Counted from the first letter of the stretch, positions 1 through 7,835 are shown. The stretch: 15,866 nucleotides of DNA from Promethearchaeia archaeon (GCA_029856125.1 JAHQWJ010000135.1:1-15866); one strand, 5' to 3'. Numbers and translations are program-made. The notes: generated by a model not told the origin, from the sequence alone.

Positions 1-941
1 CCTTCAATTTTACTCAGTCTATTATAGGAATAATCGCGTCTTTCTTTAAGTTTTCTAACCATATCAATGGTATGGCTACTTGAAGTTTTTAAAATGTCAA
101 TTGCTGCGAATTGGGCAATGGAACTAACAGAGAGCCTAGCACGAGCCATTTTAGCGATACCGTTTTTTATTTCCTCCAGTTTGTTTTCTGGATCGTGATA
201 GTATAGGTATCCAAGCCTCCATCCAGTTACTAAGTGAGTTTTTGAGAACCCATTTAATCCGATTATCGGAACATCTTTAGCTAACGACGCAGGACTTACA
301 TATGGTTTTTCATAGGTAATCTGATCGTAAATCTCATCTGATAAAATTGGTAGGTTATACTCCCCGGCAAGATCGATTATCTCTTTGATTTTTTTTTCTC
401 CGTATAAGACACCCGTTGGATTATTAGGAGAACATATTAGTATCGCTTGAGTTTTCGGAGTAATTTTTTTTCTTAAATCTTCAATATTGGGCTCCCAATC
501 TTGTTGTTCATCAAGCTCATATTCAACTGGCTTACCATCATAAAACTTAGCATAATTGATATAAAGGGGATAAGACGGTCCCGGCATGAGTAATTCCTTA
601 CTGTTTTCGATCATACTCGAAATAATAAAATTTATTCCCTCTGTAACACCTGATGTTACAACGATCTCGTCAGTACTAACATTGAGATTTTGTCCCTTCA
701 AGAGTTTACTTATTTCTTCTCTTAATTCAATTACTCCTAATGAATTTGCGTAATAATTCTTGCCTTTACGACTATAGACCGTTAATGCATCCGAAATAAA
801 TCTTGGAGTCTTAAAATCGTAGGCAACTGGGTCACCTATGTTTAAATGATACACTGTTTTACCCGTTTTAGCAACTTCTTGAGCTACTGCTGCGATCTCT
901 CGAATCGCATATTCTACACCTTTTACTCTATTAGTGAGCAT
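1..941 (-). CDS. PLP-dependent class I/II aminotransferase, alanine aminotransferase (AlaA/AlaAT)-like; 3' end lies outside the window
   Basis: Not in the ORF track; translated by hand from ATG at 941: MLTNRVKGVEYAIREIAAVAQEVAKTGKTVYHLNIGDPVAYDFKTP..., with SPNNPTG, LSDEIYD and the PLP-lysine motif NGFSKTHLVTGWRLGY. EYAIR and LNIGDP are typical of the AlaA subfamily. Confidence 0.92.
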   Translation of the reverse strand, partial: MLTNRVKGVEYAIREIAAVAQEVAKTGKTVYHLNIGDPVAYDFKTPRFISDALTVYSRKGKNYYANSLGVIELREEISKLLKGQNLNVSTDEIVVTSGVTEGINFIISSMIENSKELLMPGPSYPLYINYAKFYDGKPVEYELDEQQDWEPNIEDLRKKITPKTQAILICSPNNPTGVLYGEKKIKEIIDLAGEYNLPILSDEIYDQITYEKPYVSPASLAKDVPIIGLNGFSKTHLVTGWRLGYLYYHDPENKLEEIKNGIAKMARARLSVSSIAQFAAIDILKTSSSHTIDMVRKLKERRDYSYNRLSKIE

Positions 942-1055
942 ATTAATTATCCGTTATATTTCGAATTATAATTAATCTAATACAATTAAGTTTATAGAAA
1001 GAAAAATTAAATAGCTTATCTTTCTGTAGAATGAGGGTTGTAGAAATAAAAAAAG

Positions 1056-1424
1056 TTAAAACTGAAATTCCCTATTACGTAATTTTGATACCAAATGCCC
1101 TCTTGAGAGTAGCTGGATTCCAAATTGTGAACTATAGTCGCGCGAGAAATCTGTGGCGATGTTACATATCATAATTCCACCTTCTATTTCTGGTATATCA
1201 ACACAAGCTTTGTGAAGTTGCCGTAGTTGTGTTATAGAGATTTCTCTTTTCCAATCCCGAACAAAAACACCATATTTCCCAAGCTTACCGTTATTTATAA
1301 CAGCGTTAAATGTCCATGTTTTTCCAGATTCACCCTTTAATTTTTTAGGGCCGTTAATGAACTCATATTTCTCAGAAAAGACCTTCTCAGTTAACTCTGT
1401 TAACGACTTATCTCCTAATGTCAT
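1056..1424 (-). CDS. Small Mrr-catalytic-domain-like (PD-(D/E)XK restriction endonuclease fold) protein, catalytic residues apparently degenerate
   Basis: The pattern LKGESGKTWTFNAVI...GVFVRDWKREISITQL...D...GGIMIC...FSRDYSSQFGIQLL follows the archaeal Mrr_cat layout (GxSG..h.D...ExKxW...V....D..giiv..F..A..yA..gi.L). SD-like GTGA lies just upstream of the ATG. Confidence 0.65.
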   Translation of the reverse strand: MTLGDKSLTELTEKVFSEKYEFINGPKKLKGESGKTWTFNAVINNGKLGKYGVFVRDWKREISITQLRQLHKACVDIPEIEGGIMICNIATDFSRDYSSQFGIQLLSRGHLVSKLRNREFQF

Positions 1425-1609
1425 AAAATCACTTATTCTTTTATATAAATATATTTTGTAAGTAATATATAAGTGTTATTTAGATAGATTTAGAAACTAA
1501 TCTTAAAAATAAGTAATACGCAGATAACATCATCAGAATATGAGCAAATTTGAAGATTGTTTAACTTCATACGATGCCGACAAAAATCTATAATCGCACA
1601 ATTCAGGTA

Positions 1610-2461
1610 TTACGAATTAAACATTTTATAATTGAGTAATTTATATAGAGGGTAATGGCCCTCTACATCCGGACCTTCCATTTTTATGTATGTATAAAGA
1701 TATGACTGCAAAAAATCAACGAGTTTATAGGCAATCTCATTGCAAATCTCGCCACAATTAATAAAATTATCAACGAGAAAATGACACGAGCTATTATGTT
1801 TAACACAGAATTTTTTCATTTGTAAAGATAATCCTTCTGCAGAAAGAAGATCTAAATGATCCCATTGATCTTTAAATCCTCCTAAATTTTTAGGAGCAAT
1901 ATTTCTGAGTTCTTTATGTAATAAGCCTGTGTTTTTGCTTAAAATCCCATTAACTAAATATCCTAATCGCTTTGAAATTCCTTTTGATTCCTTTTTCGCT
2001 TCAACTTGACATAAAAAGACGTACTGTTTCAAGAGTTTTTCTGCTTTTTTTGCCTTAGGATAATCGATTATTTCCCACCCTGATATCTTTTTACAACTAA
2101 TTTCATTCTTGCTTGGATTTGAAAAATCAGTAGGATATATCCAACATTGAGGTGGTTTAATCCCCGAATCGTGAACTGAACATCCATTTAAAACTTCATC
2201 GAATAAAAAACATTTACCTGTGTCTTCGTTAAACCTCAATTGAAAAGAGAAAATATTACTTCTAGTAAAATCAGACTTTTCAGCATATCCTCTTTTAATA
2301 TATTCTTCCGCCAGAACCTTTGGTACATCAATCTTAATAGAACAGCATTCACCTTTGCAAATTGAAGGATCAGTACAATTAGGACCTTGTATTGCCGACT
2401 TCATTAAATTATTAAACTCTTCGATAATTTGCCAAAAGTAGCTATTTTTCTGACCTATCAA
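1610..2461 (-). CDS. YkgJ/CxxCxxCC-family cysteine-cluster (putative Zn or Fe-S binding) protein with an extra C-terminal domain
   Basis: C-x5-C-x3-CC (CTDPSICKGECC), then GKCFLF...GCSVH...KPPQCWIYP, which matches the family tail C.fL...C.iy..RP..Cr.YP. The annotated start is TTG; an ATG at codon 20 is an alternative. Confidence 0.75.
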   Translation of the reverse strand: MIGQKNSYFWQIIEEFNNLMKSAIQGPNCTDPSICKGECCSIKIDVPKVLAEEYIKRGYAEKSDFTRSNIFSFQLRFNEDTGKCFLFDEVLNGCSVHDSGIKPPQCWIYPTDFSNPSKNEISCKKISGWEIIDYPKAKKAEKLLKQYVFLCQVEAKKESKGISKRLGYLVNGILSKNTGLLHKELRNIAPKNLGGFKDQWDHLDLLSAEGLSLQMKKFCVKHNSSCHFLVDNFINCGEICNEIAYKLVDFLQSYLYTYIKMEGPDVEGHYPLYKLLNYKMFNS

Positions 2462-2525
2462 GATTGAAAAACCTTTGTTTGTACAACGAGATTAATGTGT
2501 AGAAAGAATTTTCTGGGAAGTAGTT

Positions 2526-3710
2526 TTATTTTTTCTTGATTTTTTTAATTTCTTCTTTTATATTTTTTTGAAGGATCTTAACGTCCCGCATTTGTTTACC
2601 AATTACATCTATTTCTCTCTTTAATGGAGTAGTTTCTGATAGCTTTCCTTTCTCTAACTCCTTTCTAATCGAATTATATGCCTTTATCCGATTTATATTA
2701 TTTATGAAATATTCGGTCGCATCAGCCCTGTTTGTTTTTATTCTTTGTAGAGTATCTAAAATTATTTTAATATTGTCAATAGAAGTCGTCCAATCGCTTA
2801 AATTTTCGTTCTCTCTTAAAGAATCAATTGTTTGATCGATAAATTCTAAAGCAATTAAAAATACATTTTCAGGGTTAATTTCATGGGTCTGACTTTTTGA
2901 AAAAGGTTCTAATCTTACTTCATCTAAAATATCAGAACTATAGTTAATCAAAACATCTTCGGCAGAGAATTGATGTTCATTTTCTGGACTGATTTCAGTG
3001 ATTTCTGTCACTAGTTTAAGTTCGTCCAACTCAATTTTAGTCATCAAGGGAGTGAAACGTACTTGAAGGTGCTTTTTTCCATAAAATTCGTTTCCTATCC
3101 GCATTATTTGAGTGTAGTTTTGTATAAAATTTTCACCAATGGGGGCGAACAAAACCCCATCTGAAGAATCAAGCTGAAGTAACAATGGAATAATTCTTTC
3201 CTGCTTTATAGCACCTGTTACAAGAATTTTTTGCCAAGGTGTTAAGTCAGGTAGACCGTTTAATGGATTATCTACAATTACCTTCACTTTATCTTGAAGA
3301 CCATTTCTCTCTAAATTATCTTGCGTAATCTTGGCAATCTCTTGATTTGCTTCTAATATTACGATTTTCCCTTTGGGGGCTAATCTATTTGCAAGTGCGG
3401 CAATGTACCCGCTTTTAGCCCCTAAGATAAGAAGATCGTCATCTTCTTCTAATAATAACTGTTGTAGCATAATTGAAATCATGTGCGGAGCAGATATAGT
3501 TCTAAGCGTTTCAGGGTTCTTTTTATTCAAGTAAAATAATATTGGAGCATCGTTATAAATTTTAAAATGGGAATGTAATTCGTTAGGTATAAATTTCTTT
3601 AGAGGGACGTCTAAGAAGGCTTTAACCAATCGGATATCTCTCAAGTACCCATTATAAATTAGGGTAAATAGTAGCTGAATCTTTGACCTAAATAATTTGC
3701 GACTCTCCAT
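2526..3710 (-). CDS. Protein-L-isoaspartate O-methyltransferase (Pcm/PIMT)-like protein with ~170-aa C-terminal helical extension
   Basis: PIMT hallmarks TISAPHM, SGYIAAL, PWQKILVTGA (cf. PYDxIxVtAa), GVLFAPIG and VRFTPL. Motif I is altered, so no gene symbol is given. Confidence 0.85.
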   Translation of the reverse strand: MESRKLFRSKIQLLFTLIYNGYLRDIRLVKAFLDVPLKKFIPNELHSHFKIYNDAPILFYLNKKNPETLRTISAPHMISIMLQQLLLEEDDDLLILGAKSGYIAALANRLAPKGKIVILEANQEIAKITQDNLERNGLQDKVKVIVDNPLNGLPDLTPWQKILVTGAIKQERIIPLLLQLDSSDGVLFAPIGENFIQNYTQIMRIGNEFYGKKHLQVRFTPLMTKIELDELKLVTEITEISPENEHQFSAEDVLINYSSDILDEVRLEPFSKSQTHEINPENVFLIALEFIDQTIDSLRENENLSDWTTSIDNIKIILDTLQRIKTNRADATEYFINNINRIKAYNSIRKELEKGKLSETTPLKREIDVIGKQMRDVKILQKNIKEEIKKIKKK

Positions 3711-3809
3711 GTAAACAACAGATAATGATAATATTTATAGCTATTATATCTTTTTATATTAAAATATTAAATCATCGTAATGATGACACTACTTTAGGTT
3801 TTTACTTTT

Positions 3810-4391
3810 ATGTTTGTTTTGGATGCATCAAATATTAAGAAAGCTAGGATAACAATATTTTTAATAACTTTCAATACACTCCTCTACCTTTTCTTCTCTT
3901 TTGGAAATTTAGACGATCTATTTTATATATTAGTCCAAATCAACAGTAAAGTGGTATATGATTTAGAACTATGGCGTTTATTAACATCAATGTTCTTGCA
4001 CGGAGATGCGCTTCACCTTTTCTCAAATATGGTTTCTCTATTAATTTTTGGATCGTATATCGAACTCAGTTTTTCAAAGTATAAATTTGTCTTAATATAC
4101 TTCATTTCAGGATTTTTAGGAAGTTTATTTACTTTATTTCTTTTACCGCTAAACACGGTTAGTTTAGGAGCCTCTGGCGCAATTTTCGGGTTAATAGGGG
4201 CTGCTCTATCGATATTAATAGTTGAAAGAAACAATCCATTAATTATTTTAGGATTAATCTACGTTTTTTACTTTGTTATCATGTCCTTTTCATCGGGAAT
4301 CAATTACATTGCTCATATTTTCGGTTTATTAGGAGGTTTTGTAGTAGGTTATCTTCTTAGAAGAAATAAACGAAAGGAGCAATTATATTGA
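3810..4391 (+). CDS. Rhomboid-family intramembrane serine protease
   Basis: WRLLTSMFLHGDALHLFSNM, catalytic GASG and AHIFGLLGG (catalytic His); about six hydrophobic segments. Confidence 0.96.
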   Translation: MFVLDASNIKKARITIFLITFNTLLYLFFSFGNLDDLFYILVQINSKVVYDLELWRLLTSMFLHGDALHLFSNMVSLLIFGSYIELSFSKYKFVLIYFISGFLGSLFTLFLLPLNTVSLGASGAIFGLIGAALSILIVERNNPLIILGLIYVFYFVIMSFSSGINYIAHIFGLLGGFVVGYLLRRNKRKEQLY

Positions 4392-4396
4392 GCATA

Positions 4397-5062
4397 CTAT
4401 TTTTTTTTCCTTTTACTTTTTCTGGCTAACTCCATTGTAAAATCCTTTGGACAAATGGCATTTAATGGGCATGAATCACATTTAGGGTGAATAGGTAAAC
4501 AAATTTCTTGTCCAAATCGCACAAATAAGCGATTCACCCTAATCCACTGGCTTTTTGGTATAATTTCTTTTAACCTTTTCTCAGTTTGCTCCGGTTTAGT
4601 TGTTTTAATCCATCCTAATCTGTTTGGAATCCTATGTACATGTGTATCAACCGGGATTGCAGGAATATTAAAAGCATATACCAACACACAATTCGCTGTT
4701 TTTGCGCCTACACCTGGTAAAGAAATTAACTCATTGAAATCAACTGGTACTTTTCCTAAATAATCTTCTGATATGATTCGAGAGACTTCTTTGATACGAG
4801 CAGCTTTAACCTTATAAAACCCTGATTTATGTACTAACTTCTCTAAGATTTCAATATTTGCGCTAGAAATATCCTGCGGAGTTTTATATCTGGAAAATAA
4901 ATTCCTGGTAACTTCTTCAGTACTTGAATCTCTCGTTCTTGCAGAGAGAATTGTCGATATTAATATTTTAAAAGGGTCATTTCTTTTCTTTGCTAGTTGA
5001 TCTAAATGCGCTTCTCCTTCAATAGATTTCTCTATCTCGTCGAGAATTTCTACATAATTCAT
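4397..5062 (-). CDS. nth: Endonuclease III (HhH-GPD DNA glycosylase/AP lyase, 4Fe-4S)
   Basis: PFKILISTILSART, HhH motif LPGVGAKTA (catalytic Lys), VDTHVHR (catalytic Asp) and Fe-S motif C-x6-C-x2-C-x5-C (CLPIHPKCDSCPLNAIC). Confidence 0.96.
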   Translation of the reverse strand: MNYVEILDEIEKSIEGEAHLDQLAKKRNDPFKILISTILSARTRDSSTEEVTRNLFSRYKTPQDISSANIEILEKLVHKSGFYKVKAARIKEVSRIISEDYLGKVPVDFNELISLPGVGAKTANCVLVYAFNIPAIPVDTHVHRIPNRLGWIKTTKPEQTEKRLKEIIPKSQWIRVNRLFVRFGQEICLPIHPKCDSCPLNAICPKDFTMELARKSKRKKK

Positions 5063-5065
5063 GGT

Positions 5066-6478
5066 TTAGCTTGATTCGTTGATTTTTTCGAACACATAAA
5101 GTTTTCTTTTGACAATCTGATTTTTTTTAGCATCAAGGATTGCTCTAACATGCGCTTGTTTAAATTGAAGTTTTCTATTTGATTTGTTTACGATTCTATT
5201 TAAATCTAGCATTGGTATTAGTTTGAAATTGTAAAAATTAGCCATTTCTTCTACATTTAATTGTACGTCTCCTCCGTCAATAGTGCTAATAACCGGTGTG
5301 ATTATACTAATCCTACCCTTTGGAGCTAAAACTTTGAAACTTTCCCGAAAAGTAGCTTTAAATAAAGGATTTAATTTCGATTTAATCAAGTCAACAACTT
5401 CGGTGTAATATGGTTTTTGTTTGAAAAAAGGGCCCAACTCGGGTTCCGTACAAATCCCATCAAATCTTTCTTCATTGAAAACTGAAGATAGTTGATTTAT
5501 GTCAACCTTTTTTATTCTCTCGTTTAACATATATGGTACTGATTCTTCGAGTTCGTTCAATAGCCAATTAACATTTCTTTCAGTGTTTTTAACTTTAGTT
5601 TCGTCAATATCCGTTCCAAAAACTTGAAAGTCTTCAATTAAAGCGAACATTACTATAGTCCCATTCCCAACGAAAGGATCCAGAATTGTTTTTCTCTCTC
5701 TCTGTTCAAATAAGTTTAAAAAGTTTAACAATATGAGAGCTAATTTGGGTGAAATAGCGCTTTTAAACTCTTTAAATGGTCTTTCCTCATCAATTTGTTT
5801 TTTGAAGTTAGGATCGTCACAAGTAAGCGTTCTTGCAACGTAACAACCTTCCTCTGTGAACCCGAATATAATTTCAGCTCGATCTCTATTGAACAATCCG
5901 TATTTAATAACATGATGAGGGAAAATAGGGTTTAAATTACCAGCATCAATATTTTCTTGAGGGTATTTATAATATAAAGATTTCTTAGCTCCATTTTCTT
6001 TTAATAGGACCATGATTTCTGTATTTAAAAACGGTAGGAAGTGTTTTAGGAGCACATCAGAGTAATAATTATCATCATAGAGATTAGGGTAAATTGAAAC
6101 CGCAAAAAATAAACTTTCTCTTGCAATACTAGGAAAAACCTTTTTTAGAGATGAGTCGACAACTTTAAGAATCTCTTTCCTCTTTATATCGACTTGCCTA
6201 TACTGTTCGATTTGTAATGGGAACGCACGCTGCACGGTTTGGATGTCAATAAAATTATATATCTCGGCGATCTTTTGGGTTCCGCCTAGCATATATTGAA
6301 GCTCCATTAGTTTATTAGCGTATAATCTATCATCATGTAAATCATCGAATTCTACAATGGCAATATTCGCTGAATAATCTGTAATTCGACCTTTAAACTG
6401 TGAATTTTTCAATACATTATCAATTTCAGCTAATGACAATTGCCAGTTTGACCCTAGAACAAATAAGAAGCGATTCAT
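5066..6478 (-). CDS. Trm11/TrmG10-like SAM-dependent (probably tRNA guanine-N2) methyltransferase
   Basis: N-terminal FVLGSNWQLSLAEI, ERPF...SAISPKLALILLN, motif I ILDPFVGNGT, GTDID and motif IV-like DGICTEPELG. I chose the ATG at 6478 over the track's TTG at 6484. The stop is 3 nt from the nth start, implying co-transcription. Confidence 0.78.
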   Translation of the reverse strand: MNRFLFVLGSNWQLSLAEIDNVLKNSQFKGRITDYSANIAIVEFDDLHDDRLYANKLMELQYMLGGTQKIAEIYNFIDIQTVQRAFPLQIEQYRQVDIKRKEILKVVDSSLKKVFPSIARESLFFAVSIYPNLYDDNYYSDVLLKHFLPFLNTEIMVLLKENGAKKSLYYKYPQENIDAGNLNPIFPHHVIKYGLFNRDRAEIIFGFTEEGCYVARTLTCDDPNFKKQIDEERPFKEFKSAISPKLALILLNFLNLFEQRERKTILDPFVGNGTIVMFALIEDFQVFGTDIDETKVKNTERNVNWLLNELEESVPYMLNERIKKVDINQLSSVFNEERFDGICTEPELGPFFKQKPYYTEVVDLIKSKLNPLFKATFRESFKVLAPKGRISIITPVISTIDGGDVQLNVEEMANFYNFKLIPMLDLNRIVNKSNRKLQFKQAHVRAILDAKKNQIVKRKLYVFEKINESS

Positions 6479-6551
6479 AGTCAATTAAAAATAGGTTGCT
6501 AGGTTTAAAAAGCAATCATGTTATTAGTAGTTTTAGTTAAGGAAGAATAAG

Positions 6552-7835
6552 TTAGTCCGCTCCTAATATATATTGAATTATTTTTATGATGTCAGCTTTA
6601 CGAGCAGCAGAGGGTATGTTTATATTATTTTTCGAGCAATATTTTTTCAATTCCTTAACGGTTAAAGTATTTAAATCTTCAGGTAAGTCACCTATTAGAT
6701 TAGTATTAACTCGAATTGTTTCTTCAATTTCTTCGCTTGAATGTTCAGTATCTCCAGTTATCGTACGTTCATATTTTTCACCTGAGATATTTTCAATTGC
6801 GCTTATGATAGAGTCCAGATCTTCTTTCTTTCTTTTTGGAAGCAGAGATAGAACCTCTTCCTCTTCTGGTTCTTTAATTTTTGTTTTTTTCACTTGTTTT
6901 CTTTGATACCTATCATGTTGTACGGTTTCCAACTCTTTCATTATAGTCTTATAATTATCTTTAAAATATTTTAAACTGACATTTATTACATCTGAGAGAT
7001 TATTCCATCTTTTCTGTTTAACTATCGAATCTCCCCAATGGAATAAATCTCTCTGTATATCTATAGTGATTACTTTACCTTCATAACTAACATCTAAAGT
7101 AAGCCACCTAAGGATATTTGCTATTATAATGTCGTTATCAAAAGCTGAAAACCCGTATTCTCTTCCTAAAGAAGAGAAAATAGATAAAGTACCGAACGCT
7201 GCCACCTGCCCGTTATGATATTCTGAGGTTAATACCATTGGAACTTTAGGACAATCCTCTTCAACCCATTGCTTTCCATCGAATCGGTTTCTCCAGCAAT
7301 TCAGGCCTCCTCTTACAATGACTTCGACTTTCACGTTTTTTTCTTCTTCCTTTGTCAGTTTAAGCGTTCCTAAAGAACAAGCACTTGATAAAACGATTTT
7401 TTTAATATTTTCTGTGATATAGTGCGGTTTAAAATTAAGTATCAAAGGTCTTTTCTGTAAATTAACATAATTTACTGAATCATTAATTTCATCATTAATA
7501 AATTCAAATCCGAAAAACTTGGTTAATTCGTTAATATTAGTTCTATTTGTGTGTTCTCCACCCCTCGAGCCGACGATTAGTAAGCTTCCACCCGTTCTAA
7601 CGTATTCCTCTAAAACTTCTATTTCTCTCGGATCAAGATTAATATTTTTAGGAATGGACATTATAATCGCATTGTAGTTTTTAACTTTATCTAATGAATA
7701 AAATCCCGCTTCAATTTTCCCTAATTTGTAAGCAGAAGTGAAGAGGAACTGGGTGAAATCTGCATAGCTCGAAGCTTCTAAGGTAAGCATGTTGTTGTGG
7801 CTATAATCGAGACCGACTGTAATGTCATTTTTCAT
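6552..7835 (-). CDS. Multidomain protein: N-terminal GIFT/GATase-like (IFT52/GldG/DUF4350-like) domain + putative ribbon-helix-helix + charged linker + C-terminal HeH/LEM/SAP-like domain
   Basis: Residues ~1-246: VGLDYSH, EIEVLEEYVRTGGSLLIVGSRGGE..TNIN...FG...D, GQVAAFG...DN...NILRWL. Residues ~254-293: VITIDIQRDL...IVKQKRWNNLSDVINVSL. Residues ~385-422: DLNTLTVKELKKYCSKNNINIPSAARKADII. The ORF is solid; the domain calls are by eye. Confidence 0.72.
   Translation of the reverse strand: MKNDITVGLDYSHNNMLTLEASSYADFTQFLFTSAYKLGKIEAGFYSLDKVKNYNAIIMSIPKNINLDPREIEVLEEYVRTGGSLLIVGSRGGEHTNRTNINELTKFFGFEFINDEINDSVNYVNLQKRPLILNFKPHYITENIKKIVLSSACSLGTLKLTKEEEKNVKVEVIVRGGLNCWRNRFDGKQWVEEDCPKVPMVLTSEYHNGQVAAFGTLSIFSSLGREYGFSAFDNDIIIANILRWLTLDVSYEGKVITIDIQRDLFHWGDSIVKQKRWNNLSDVINVSLKYFKDNYKTIMKELETVQHDRYQRKQVKKTKIKEPEEEEVLSLLPKRKKEDLDSIISAIENISGEKYERTITGDTEHSSEEIEETIRVNTNLIGDLPEDLNTLTVKELKKYCSKNNINIPSAARKADIIKIIQYILGAD

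Noticed and set aside
4013-4234. 73-aa - strand ORF
   Set aside because: Antisense shadow inside the well-supported rhomboid gene; no recognisable motifs.
2526-6478. Apparent repair cluster (PIMT-like, rhomboid, Nth, tRNA methyltransferase)
   Set aside because: Mixed orientations and common housekeeping families; no shared motif seen, so it is probably coincidental without synteny data.
6586-6906. 106-aa + strand ORF
   Set aside because: Ser/Phe-rich antisense mirror of the Glu/Lys-rich linker of the 427-aa gene.
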